From the NCBI GenBank assembly GCA_028715665.1, contig JAQURI010000001.1, forward strand, positions 1-63,010: a DNA stretch of 63,010 nt. Reading direction: 5' to 3'. Source of the DNA: Candidatus Ratteibacteria bacterium (GTDB lineage: Bacteria > CAIJMQ01). Below the pieces are notes generated by a model. The model was not told the origin of the DNA. It ran no database searches and saw only the letters and a program-made list of their open reading frames with translations. Each line of letters begins with the position of its first letter. The stretch's first letter is position 1. Positions 47,735 to 55,976 of this stretch are shown piece by piece. A program made the position numbers and the translations under genes.

Positions 47735-47954
47735 TTTTCTGCACATACAGTTAACTAGCGATAAAAGCGCAAGTTATATATTCTTTATGTTTTAATTCAA
47801 TCTCTTAATCTTAATCCATTAAAAAACAATGGAAAAAAAAACAGGATACGGATGTGGTATTACCATGGGAAAAACAGGAACAGATACAACAGGACTATCG
47901 GACTCGGATTTTTTAGGAGAACACTGTCAAGCATTAGAAAAACGGGTGGTATAA

Positions 47955-48866
47955 ATGCCCGGTCAATGTGCAAAACTGGAAATGTGGACGCAGGATGGGC
48001 AAATTATCCTAAAAACAGCAGAATCTGAAAAACCAGTGACACCAAAAACATTATTATTCGAAATCCAAAAAAACTTTTTTATTGATTTCGGGCTTCACCA
48101 GTTCAAACAAATACGGAGCCGGGAAGTTAAAGGTGATATTTGTCCGTATTGCGGTTCAAAAGAAACAATCGGTCACGGCAGCAGAACAACCCAGACCGAA
48201 CTTCAAATAAGAAGATGGTGCAATAACTGTAATCGTACATTCATCGCGGGTCACGAACCGGTAAAAGACCATAGTGGTAATAAGAACAAAGAATCCAAAA
48301 CACCAATAATAAAATTCCTGCACCTTCTGGGGTTCAATAGAACTGAAATTTCATCCAGACTTGATATTACGTGGGGGGCGGCAAATGCAGTAGTCAAGAA
48401 ACTTGAGACTGAACAGGAACTTGAATTCCTTGAGGGCTATTATCTAAAACACGAAACAAACGAGAAGGAAATTATTAACCGGCTGGATATTAAGACCGCA
48501 GAAAAATTTCCAATAATTGAAGAACGAAAAGAAATGCTGGGGCAGACCAGCGTCTGGGATTATGACGGAAGACTGGCATTAAAGAACAAAAAAATAAGTT
48601 CTAAGATAGTGTTCGTGTCAAAAGAAGACATCAACTTACTGTTAAGTCTGACTAAAACAAAAAATATCGAATGCATGAAAAATCTCACACCTAAAGACAG
48701 GGACGTAATTCTAAATTATATCGAAGACCGAAAAGACGACAGGTTGGGAATTTTACCTAAGACTCACATATTCACAAGGGTTTTAGAAGATTCGGGCGAA
48801 ATAAACGCCGAATTAATCGAATCATCAGAACAAAGAGACGACGAACAGTCAAACAACGAGGATTAA
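47955..48866 (+). CDS. Zinc-ribbon plus HTH-like DNA-binding protein (IS1/IS1595 InsA-like N-terminal finger)
   Basis: CPYCGS...(21 aa)...CNNCNRTF followed by KFLHLLGFNRTEISSRLDITWGAANAVVKKL (HTH-like). Acidic tail. Confidence 0.5.
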   Translation: MPGQCAKLEMWTQDGQIILKTAESEKPVTPKTLLFEIQKNFFIDFGLHQFKQIRSREVKGDICPYCGSKETIGHGSRTTQTELQIRRWCNNCNRTFIAGHEPVKDHSGNKNKESKTPIIKFLHLLGFNRTEISSRLDITWGAANAVVKKLETEQELEFLEGYYLKHETNEKEIINRLDIKTAEKFPIIEERKEMLGQTSVWDYDGRLALKNKKISSKIVFVSKEDINLLLSLTKTKNIECMKNLTPKDRDVILNYIEDRKDDRLGILPKTHIFTRVLEDSGEINAELIESSEQRDDEQSNNED

Positions 48867-48883
48867 ACAGAAGGAGATGCCTT

Positions 48884-50314
48884 TTGGAACGAAAGGTACA
48901 GAAAAAAACAGCTTTAGTCCTCTGTGGTTCCTGTAAAAATCCGGGGCAGCAAGGATGTACAAAAAAGGAAATAGAGTTATCAAAAGAAGGAAAAATAACT
49001 CTTCCGACATGCATGACCAACAGGATTACGGAAATCCATATAGGTCAAAAGAATATTCTTGAATATTGTCAGATACCTGAGAAAGCATCTCTGATACCAG
49101 AACCAATACAAGAACAAAAATGGAAAGGATTTTTTGAAATTGTTACGAAAGAACCCCGGAATAAAAATCAAGAGAAACCAATTCAGCCCGGTGTTCAGAC
49201 AGCGGAATATATTGACGTTCCATTCAAGAATTGGGATGAAACCTATACAAAAATTCTCTATTGCATCAAAGACCATCATACAATCGGGTCGATGGCAAAA
49301 GTATTGCAACTTCCAAGAAGCACCATCAGGGACAGACTAACAAAACTGGAAAAAAAAGAAATTATCACTAAATCCGAAACAACCCTTCTTGGAAACCGGT
49401 GCGCGAATTTTATTATCACGAGTGGATGGGCATTAAAGCTCGTAAATCAAAATGAGCAACAGGCAATAATAACTAAACCGGGTCGATTAAAACCTGAACC
49501 AGTAAAGTTTACACGTCATTGTGTATCATTGCAGGCGGAAATAATCCGTGGAACAATACCAAAAGGAGATAGAAGTTACTCCCCGAATGGCTGGACGGGT
49601 GAAATTTTCGAGGGGAATGGAACTTATAAAATTCGTGTTATTCCAAATAGGAACGGAAAGAGTCGTGCGGTTATAGACATTAATATCTGTCTCGGTGCAT
49701 CGTCTTCAGCAGACCTGACAATGAAATATCATACTTTTGCAGAACGGTATCTTGGTGCGTGGGCAGAAAAACATTCCCTGAAACTCGGCCAGATAACGGA
49801 ATACAGGACTCCACATACATCAATTGAAGGCAGTAGCGGGTTAGCGCAGACGATTCTTAATACAGTCGGAGGCGAAACGAAAATCACAAATCTCGGTGTT
49901 CAGGTTGACAGGAGCGATAAAGAAGAACATAAAGGAGAAGTAGAGTTCGTTGGAAAAAAAGGAGAAGAAACACTCAGGAACTTTGAATTCGCCCTGAACC
50001 AATCCCCGGAAAAAATGGAGGAGTTAGTCTCGAAATTCGAGGTATTACGAGAATCCCTTCAAGTAGAATCGACAAAAATCGGCGGTGGAATTTCAGAAAT
50101 ACAAAGCTGGCTGATTCTTCAACGGGAAAACGATTTATTACGCGAACAAATTCAATTATTCCGGGAGCAAATGCGAGAACAAACCAGGGTTTATAAGGAG
50201 CAGATGGCAGAACTTACAAAACAAGTCGATGAGATGAAATCAATGCTGGGTCTGACTCCAAAATCCCCGGAATCAAAGAAGAGCAAATATGACGATATTG
50301 GTATCTATGGATAA
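48884..50314 (+). CDS. Winged-helix DNA-binding protein with C-terminal coiled coil
   Basis: IGSMAKVLQLPRSTIRDRLTKLEKKEIITK (wHTH-like). C-terminal heptad-rich region LLREQIQLFREQMREQTRVYKEQMAELTKQVDEM. TTG start 8 nt after AAGGAG. Confidence 0.5.
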   Translation: MERKVQKKTALVLCGSCKNPGQQGCTKKEIELSKEGKITLPTCMTNRITEIHIGQKNILEYCQIPEKASLIPEPIQEQKWKGFFEIVTKEPRNKNQEKPIQPGVQTAEYIDVPFKNWDETYTKILYCIKDHHTIGSMAKVLQLPRSTIRDRLTKLEKKEIITKSETTLLGNRCANFIITSGWALKLVNQNEQQAIITKPGRLKPEPVKFTRHCVSLQAEIIRGTIPKGDRSYSPNGWTGEIFEGNGTYKIRVIPNRNGKSRAVIDINICLGASSSADLTMKYHTFAERYLGAWAEKHSLKLGQITEYRTPHTSIEGSSGLAQTILNTVGGETKITNLGVQVDRSDKEEHKGEVEFVGKKGEETLRNFEFALNQSPEKMEELVSKFEVLRESLQVESTKIGGGISEIQSWLILQRENDLLREQIQLFREQMREQTRVYKEQMAELTKQVDEMKSMLGLTPKSPESKKSKYDDIGIYG

Positions 50315-50483
50315 CAACCTCGAAGCCTATAACGAAAAAAAGCATGCTAACGGTGATGGAGAGCGAAAGATAACATCGGCTGTATGGAGGCAGTAGCCGA
50401 TAGCGTTACAGCTCATAACACGTAAGCTCGATACAGCAACGGTAAACACATTATCTTAATAAAATATTAAATGAGGTAAATTA

Positions 50484-50633
50484 ATGGCTAACAAAAAAGG
50501 TATATGGAAACTTCATGTAAGTAACTCAGAGGATAACGATGAGATAGAACTTACAAAAGATGACATAAAAAGTGTCATTTACGAATTGCAGAATGGCAAC
50601 ATGGAAGGGAAAATAGAAAAAGACGAGGAATAA
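50484..50633 (+). CDS. Small acidic hypothetical protein (49 aa, not in ORF track)
   Basis: GAGGT lies 6 nt upstream of the ATG. The stop overlaps the next start (TAATG). Confidence 0.4.
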   Translation: MANKKGIWKLHVSNSEDNDEIELTKDDIKSVIYELQNGNMEGKIEKDEE

Positions 50634-50773
50634 TGGCAGAAATTAAACTAAAGGTGGATGGATACAGATGCGAACGCTGTAACCATGAATGGATAGCAAG
50701 GGGCGAAGGCAAACCCACTGTGTGCCCGAAATGCAAAAGTCCTTACTGGAATGTTCCTAAGAAGGTGAAATAA
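50633..50773 (+). CDS. Zinc-ribbon protein (46 aa, not in ORF track)
   Basis: CERCNHEW...(13 aa)...CPKCKSPYW. TAATG overlaps on both sides. Confidence 0.5.
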   Translation: MAEIKLKVDGYRCERCNHEWIARGEGKPTVCPKCKSPYWNVPKKVK

Positions 50774-50958
50774 TGAAGGGTTGGTACAGGATAACCGCAT
50801 ATGCTCAGTGTACTCAATGTGATTGGGATTTTGCCGACAAATTTGGAGATAATCACACCCACAACATGGGAAAAATGGCGCAAGCACATGCGGATAAAAC
50901 AGGGCATACGGTAAATTGTGAAATAGGATTTACAACCACAAAAACAAAAAGGAACTGA
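50773..50958 (+). CDS. Small Cys/His-rich hypothetical protein
   Basis: 61 aa containing CTQCDW...H.H...H...H. Confidence 0.45.
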   Translation: MKGWYRITAYAQCTQCDWDFADKFGDNHTHNMGKMAQAHADKTGHTVNCEIGFTTTKTKRN

Positions 50959-50961
50959 GTT

Positions 50962-51192
50962 ATGCGAGTGCGTAAGAAAACCGTATTAGAACAGGAACTT
51001 ACAACTGAGCAAGTAAACTGGTTGAAAGCACATCCCGACCACGACAGAACAAAAAGTTTAGTGGTAGAGGCAAGAGTTGCGGATTGGGACGGTATTAAAG
51101 AAAAACGTATTCGGCTATTCAAAGTTGCGTGTTCGGCTTTTCGTAAGTGGTGGGAAAGTGAAATGAATGTGCCGAAAAGCCCCGAAGGTTAA
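50962..51192 (+). CDS. Hypothetical protein
   Basis: 76-aa ORF. Confidence 0.45.
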   Translation: MRVRKKTVLEQELTTEQVNWLKAHPDHDRTKSLVVEARVADWDGIKEKRIRLFKVACSAFRKWWESEMNVPKSPEG

Positions 51193-51230
51193 CAGCTTAT
51201 GACAAGACCCGCAGACTTAACAGAACCTAA

Positions 51231-51263
51231 CAACCAATACCTTTATCGTAATTATGTTTCAAA
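51231..51263 (+). promoter_or_regulatory. Conserved promoter-like cassette, copy 6
   Basis: Sequence CAACCAATACCTTTATCGTAATTATGTTTCAAA. Start codon at 51283. Confidence 0.55.
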
Positions 51264-51282
51264 CACCAAAGATAGAGAATAA

Positions 51283-51618
51283 ATGTTCAATCCACTAAAA
51301 AAACTACAAGAACAATTCGAAAAAAGCACATCGATTAGTCTTCCCAAAGGGTCATGTCGAAACTGTAATAGACCTATATTCAATATAGACACAAGATTCG
51401 GAAAATTGGGACTGTGTGTGAATTGCTACGAGGCATACAAAGAAGGCATAGACTCGGTAAAGGATAAATTTCCCAAACAAATAATTATAGTATGTGAAAC
51501 CTGTGGAACTGTAATGGCCTGCCGGAATAGTCCTTTAAAAGTATGGGAAACAAACAAGATTGCTCTTTGTTGCAACAAACCAAATTATACATATTATTTT
51601 CATAGGGCAGGGAGATGA
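51283..51618 (+). CDS. Double zinc-ribbon protein
   Basis: CRNCNRP...CVNCY and CETCG...CCNKP. Confidence 0.55.
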   Translation: MFNPLKKLQEQFEKSTSISLPKGSCRNCNRPIFNIDTRFGKLGLCVNCYEAYKEGIDSVKDKFPKQIIIVCETCGTVMACRNSPLKVWETNKIALCCNKPNYTYYFHRAGR

Positions 51619-51627
51619 ACTAACTTA

Positions 51628-52059
51628 ATGGCTCGCGAACCAAATTGGTATAGAATGGGATTCGAAACCGCAGGAGGAAACAGGAAGAGTTTAATGAATT
51701 TACCCGGTGAATTCTTCTTATACCAATCGGAAAAAATATTCAAAGACGATTTCAACGTCGTAAAATATGCATATGATTATGCAAAACAATGGCTTGAGAC
51801 CGAGCAATGGAAACAGGAAGTTGGTCAAAAGATTATGGTGTACATAAAGAAATATCAGGGCGATAATAAGAAGGTAGATGAATTCATGCAGCGAGCATGT
51901 CTATGGTCAGATGGATATGCCGAGTTAATAATCCAGCAATTCAGAGACCTGTACACAAGCCCGGTATCACCGGAAACGGCAGAGAAGCTAGTAAATCAGG
52001 CATTACAAACAACAGGAGACTGGAAGTATGTCACAGGAAAAAGCTCAAAAGATAAGTAA
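51628..52059 (+). CDS. Hypothetical protein
   Basis: 143-aa ORF. Confidence 0.55.
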   Translation: MAREPNWYRMGFETAGGNRKSLMNLPGEFFLYQSEKIFKDDFNVVKYAYDYAKQWLETEQWKQEVGQKIMVYIKKYQGDNKKVDEFMQRACLWSDGYAELIIQQFRDLYTSPVSPETAEKLVNQALQTTGDWKYVTGKSSKDK

Positions 52060-52267
52060 GGACGTCGTAGAAGACAAATTCATTCAGGGAACGGTTGCTG
52101 CTCTGGATGTAGTAGCTCTATACGACCAGCCGGTAATATTTAAGGAAATAGTAGAATCGGCAGGAATAAAAAAAGTATTAGCTGAAATCAAGAAAAACGG
52201 TTCGGAACGGTCAAAGAAAATAGCGAAACAAGAGTTCAGGGAGAAGCAGAGGTATATTTGTCTCTGA
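52028..52267 (+). CDS. Hypothetical protein
   Basis: 79-aa ORF overlapping the upstream gene by 32 nt. Confidence 0.4.
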   Translation: MSQEKAQKISKDVVEDKFIQGTVAALDVVALYDQPVIFKEIVESAGIKKVLAEIKKNGSERSKKIAKQEFREKQRYICL

Positions 52268-52350
52268 AAAAAAGAACGGTATTGGAAAGAAAAGGAACGG
52301 AAAAAATATGTTAGGAAAATTGTTAATGCAGATAAGGGAGGAACTAAAGT

Positions 52351-52617
52351 TTGAGAACAGTAAAACACTCTAAATGCCAGTTTCCGGATTGCCAGTCTGA
52401 AATTCGTACCGGTGGAACAATGTGTACGAAACACTGGAGACTATATTATGCCGTTAAAGCATTAAAACGAAATAAAGGTAAAACACACACAGACCTTATA
52501 AAAATAGCCATTGAACGAGGAAAGGAACACGAGATACAGAACATTCTACTAAAACAAGAACGGCTCATAAAGAATGCTGCGTTGGAGAGGGGGTCTTTGT
52601 ATGTATTTTCCGGGTAG
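52351..52617 (+). CDS. Cys-rich (C-x4-C-x10-C-x2-H) small DNA-binding-like protein
   Basis: TTG start 8 nt after GGGAGGA. Contains CQFPDCQSEIRTGGTMCTKHW. Confidence 0.45.
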   Translation: MRTVKHSKCQFPDCQSEIRTGGTMCTKHWRLYYAVKALKRNKGKTHTDLIKIAIERGKEHEIQNILLKQERLIKNAALERGSLYVFSG

Positions 52618-52696
52618 AATGAGAACGCTTGAAACTAAAAAACTCAATAAATCATCAGAAATACCACCAGAACCACAAAAAAATGAAGGACAAAAT

Positions 52697-52915
52697 ATGA
52701 AAAAAAAACAAATATACGACCCACAAAAAAAAGTGGATGAATGGAATAATAAACATCCAGTAGGCACAAAAGTAATTGTGACCAAAGATGATGGTAAGAA
52801 AATTCACACAACCACGACGGCACCATGTTCGGTAATGTGCGGAACGATTGTAATTTGGCTGAAAGATATATCGGGTTGCTATGAATTAGAGCGGGTAGTC
52901 CCGGATGTTCAATAG
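52697..52915 (+). CDS. Small hypothetical protein
   Basis: The MKKKQIYDPQKK start is preferred over the longer overlapping ORF from 52574. Confidence 0.45.
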   Translation: MKKKQIYDPQKKVDEWNNKHPVGTKVIVTKDDGKKIHTTTTAPCSVMCGTIVIWLKDISGCYELERVVPDVQ

Positions 52916-52918
52916 GCT

Positions 52919-53575
52919 ATGAACAGCCAAGCACTCCACCCGGAACATTGTTCACACGGAGCATTATTACAGCGTGGCTGGACTGAAGCCGGGATAAAAC
53001 GATTCTTAAAAGCCCCGGACAAGACAGCTCCAAACCCTCATTACAGGCGGGGTGCGGATATGAAACTATATTTACTTACACGGGTAGAATCAATGGAAAA
53101 AAGTGAAGAATACCTGATTTTCTGTAAAAAAAATAAGACACGAAAGCAAGGGGCAATAAGTGCGGTCAGGACAAAGAAAGAAAAGCTTCTCAGGGATGTA
53201 GCAGGATGGGAGATTCACATTACCCGCCAGAACCTCACAGATGTCCTACAGGACGCAATCTCCTCATATAACGAGCGAAGGGCTGACCGGAGCGAAGATG
53301 GGTTCATATACGAACCTGCATCGTTAAATTCAGATAAAGAGTTCCTTTACAGGATAACGGTCAACTTCTTACGTCATCGATGCAGCCCGTATGAACGAAA
53401 GCTCACTGAAACGGCAGGTAAAGTAGGAACAAAAGAAGCATATATCCTGCTGAACCAGAACATATTCAAGAGGATATCCCATATCTTTCCTGAGCTTCAG
53501 GCAGAATGCGATAGGCAGTTAGAAGAAAAAATAAGACAATATCTCGAAGAATCCAACAATCTGCACGTACATTAG
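52919..53575 (+). CDS. Hypothetical protein
   Basis: 218-aa ORF. The segment ITVNFLRHRCSPYERKL faintly recalls DUF2293-type proteins (weak). Confidence 0.55.
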   Translation: MNSQALHPEHCSHGALLQRGWTEAGIKRFLKAPDKTAPNPHYRRGADMKLYLLTRVESMEKSEEYLIFCKKNKTRKQGAISAVRTKKEKLLRDVAGWEIHITRQNLTDVLQDAISSYNERRADRSEDGFIYEPASLNSDKEFLYRITVNFLRHRCSPYERKLTETAGKVGTKEAYILLNQNIFKRISHIFPELQAECDRQLEEKIRQYLEESNNLHVH

Positions 53576-53577
53576 AT

Positions 53578-53610
53578 TGACCGATATCTTTATCGTATTT
53601 ATGTTTTAAC
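53578..53610 (+). promoter_or_regulatory. Conserved promoter-like cassette, copy 7
   Basis: Sequence TGACCGATATCTTTATCGTATTTATGTTTTAAC. TGCACGTACA (53562-53571) lies 6 nt upstream. Start codon at 53621. Confidence 0.55.
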
Positions 53611-53620
53611 TTATGTGTAA

Positions 53621-54529
53621 ATGGATTCGCCAATAAACAAAGATAAAATGTTAAATGAGATGATAGAATCGCTCTTCGGCGGATATTTAACCGGGGATAC
53701 TTCAAAAGGTTTTGGAGTAAAAGTAGATATCCGGCTGAAACCATACGATTATTTTAGGAATTATGTAAAACAAATCTATGATAAGGGCTTATTGAGTAAA
53801 GGGCAGGTCTCAGAAGGGTTCGTAAATGTATTGACCCGTGCTCTGGATAATAGTGAAGTAATCGAAGTGGATAAACGGTTAGTTCCAATGATAGAGCAAA
53901 CGGAAAATGAATTATTCTACCGTCCACTATTCTTTGAAACGATTTTCGTGAATGCAGAATTCCACGTTGGCGATTATTTCATTAAAGGTATTATCCTGCT
54001 TGACGGGATGGAATATGCTGCACATATAGAAGACTGGTTCATAATAACCTGTGCCGTCCATAAAGACGGGCAGGGAATATTCCTGTTTACACAATTACTC
54101 AAAGAACCATTAGCAGAAGAAGATTTCAAGAACGACATAATTGCAAAACAGGCCATGGAAATCCATACGCAACTCAGGCACATGGCATGTACTTTCGTAG
54201 ATTTAGTCATGATGAACGATGAAGACCTTGATATCATTACCATAAAACCCACAAAGAAACAGCAGGAAAAACGTGAACGGTACAAGAGGCCGAGGATTCC
54301 AACACGGGTATACATAAGACCGAAAACCCACTTCATCAAATACATCGAAGAATACCTTACAGAAGAAGCAAAACCGTTCTCACACAGGTTCAGGGTACGC
54401 GGATATATCAGGCACTACAGGAATGACAGGTACACAGAAAAAAGGAAGAGCAAACCCCAATTCATAAAACCATTCTATAAAGGACAGGGAATTTTAATAC
54501 AGAAAAAAAGATATAAGGTGATGCAGTAA
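53621..54529 (+). CDS. Hypothetical protein with basic C-terminal region
   Basis: 302-aa ORF. The C-terminus is rich in K/R (RFRVRGYIRHYRNDRY...). Confidence 0.6.
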   Translation: MDSPINKDKMLNEMIESLFGGYLTGDTSKGFGVKVDIRLKPYDYFRNYVKQIYDKGLLSKGQVSEGFVNVLTRALDNSEVIEVDKRLVPMIEQTENELFYRPLFFETIFVNAEFHVGDYFIKGIILLDGMEYAAHIEDWFIITCAVHKDGQGIFLFTQLLKEPLAEEDFKNDIIAKQAMEIHTQLRHMACTFVDLVMMNDEDLDIITIKPTKKQQEKRERYKRPRIPTRVYIRPKTHFIKYIEEYLTEEAKPFSHRFRVRGYIRHYRNDRYTEKRKSKPQFIKPFYKGQGILIQKKRYKVMQ

Positions 54530-54747
54530 TGGAAGAAAAAGAAAGCATGATAATTATATTGCTAGTTGTAGCATTATTATTAATATCACTAGACGCACCG
54601 GTTGAACCAAAAAACATCAACGAAACACATCCGGCATCACAAACAAGACCGCCCGTCGAATATTTTAACTCAAGGCTTATCGTCAACAACACATCATTGG
54701 AATATAATGGAACCGCATTAGAAACTCCGGAGATGCAAAGACCATGA
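54529..54747 (+). CDS. Small membrane-anchored protein
   Basis: N-terminal TM segment (MIIILLVVALLLISL). TAATG overlap. Confidence 0.45.
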   Translation: MEEKESMIIILLVVALLLISLDAPVEPKNINETHPASQTRPPVEYFNSRLIVNNTSLEYNGTALETPEMQRP

Positions 54748-55070
54748 CATGCCCCGGCTGCAAAGAAGAATTCGACGATTTTAACCACAGAATGCGATAT
54801 AATAAAGCATTAGATATAGCTGTATGTGAAAAATGTGATGAAAAGATAGATAATCATCATCTGGTTGACGGCAAATATATAATTCATAAATGCAAATGCT
54901 GTGGAAACATTGACAAACTGGAATGGGTGTCGTACAAGAAAAGAGGTCATCCAGTCGGCGTGAAGAATAAAAAAACATTAGAGAAGATTGATAAAGAAAG
55001 AGAAGCTCAGAAACGATTAACAAAATGGACGGAAGAACCAAAAACACTGGAGGAATTCGCGATATGGTAA
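54744..55070 (+). CDS. Zinc-ribbon protein
   Basis: CPGCKEEF...CEKC...CKCCGN. Confidence 0.5.
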   Translation: MTCPGCKEEFDDFNHRMRYNKALDIAVCEKCDEKIDNHHLVDGKYIIHKCKCCGNIDKLEWVSYKKRGHPVGVKNKKTLEKIDKEREAQKRLTKWTEEPKTLEEFAIW

Positions 55071-55810
55071 AAAAAGGAAAACGAATGTACAGCGACCGGC
55101 GTGAAAATAACGGTATCACTGAGGGATGTAACTTCAAATGTAAATACTGTGCCTTTGAAGCTTTACAGAAGCGATTCGGCGTAACTGAAGAGGATAGAGC
55201 CTATACTCCTCATACTCACATAGAACGGGTTAATAAGAAGCCCAAATTTACGTCAGGAGACCAGTTCATTACCATAGGGCTTAATGGTGACATCAGTTTT
55301 GCATCGGATGAAGTGATTAGACTCATAATTGGTTATTGTGTTCAATGGAGCGACAGGACATTCTTACTCCAGAGCAAGAACCCGGCACGATTCATAGAAA
55401 CAGATGAGATAGGAACACCGAAGTTCTATTTTCCAAGCAACGTGATACTTGCTTGTACCCTCGAAACGAATTATTCTCTCATCCCATCGGCTTCTGTCAA
55501 GGGCGAATACATTCCGTATAACACGATATCTAAAGCCCCAGACCCGGCATTACGAGCAGAAGCAATGGTCAAGATACGGGATAACAGGAAAATAGTAACG
55601 ATAGAACCAATACTTTTATTTAATTTAGATGTAATGCTTAGATGGATAAAAGAAATAAGTCCGGAGTTTATTTATATTGGTTACAATTCCAATATTAAAT
55701 TGAAGTTACCAGAACCCTCCTTATCGGAAACCACTGAGTTAATTAAGAGCTTAAAAGGCAACGGATTTGAAGTCAGAGAGAAATTGATAAGAAAGGCATT
55801 CTATGAATAA
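55064..55810 (+). CDS. Radical SAM protein (small, unassigned subfamily)
   Basis: GCNFKCKYC (CX3CX2C) near the N-terminus. The ATG at 55064 overlaps the upstream stop. Confidence 0.65.
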   Translation: MVKKGKRMYSDRRENNGITEGCNFKCKYCAFEALQKRFGVTEEDRAYTPHTHIERVNKKPKFTSGDQFITIGLNGDISFASDEVIRLIIGYCVQWSDRTFLLQSKNPARFIETDEIGTPKFYFPSNVILACTLETNYSLIPSASVKGEYIPYNTISKAPDPALRAEAMVKIRDNRKIVTIEPILLFNLDVMLRWIKEISPEFIYIGYNSNIKLKLPEPSLSETTELIKSLKGNGFEVREKLIRKAFYE

Positions 55811-55934
55811 TTTGGCAACTGGGCAAAACGTCATCATAAGTGGCAAGGTATTCCGAAATATATAAAAGGACATTATAGACGAAGAAAAAAAGACAGCGCC
55901 AGCACAGTCCGAGGAAACTGTATGTACAGTAACC

Positions 55935-55967
55935 TGACCGATACCTTTATCGTAATTATGTTTGAAA
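55935..55967 (+). promoter_or_regulatory. Conserved promoter-like cassette, copy 8
   Basis: Sequence TGACCGATACCTTTATCGTAATTATGTTTGAAA. TGTACA (55923-55928) lies 6 nt upstream. Start codon at 55977. Confidence 0.6.
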
Positions 55968-55976
55968 GGTAGAGTT

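Noticed and set aside
8370-55960. The invariant ATG inside the conserved cassette (..AATTATGTT..) as the true start codon of the downstream genes.
   Set aside because: Its distance to the annotated starts is 19, 20, 22, 22, 29 and 19 nt, mostly out of frame, and it opens only short ORFs. It is in frame only at copy 1 (8370).
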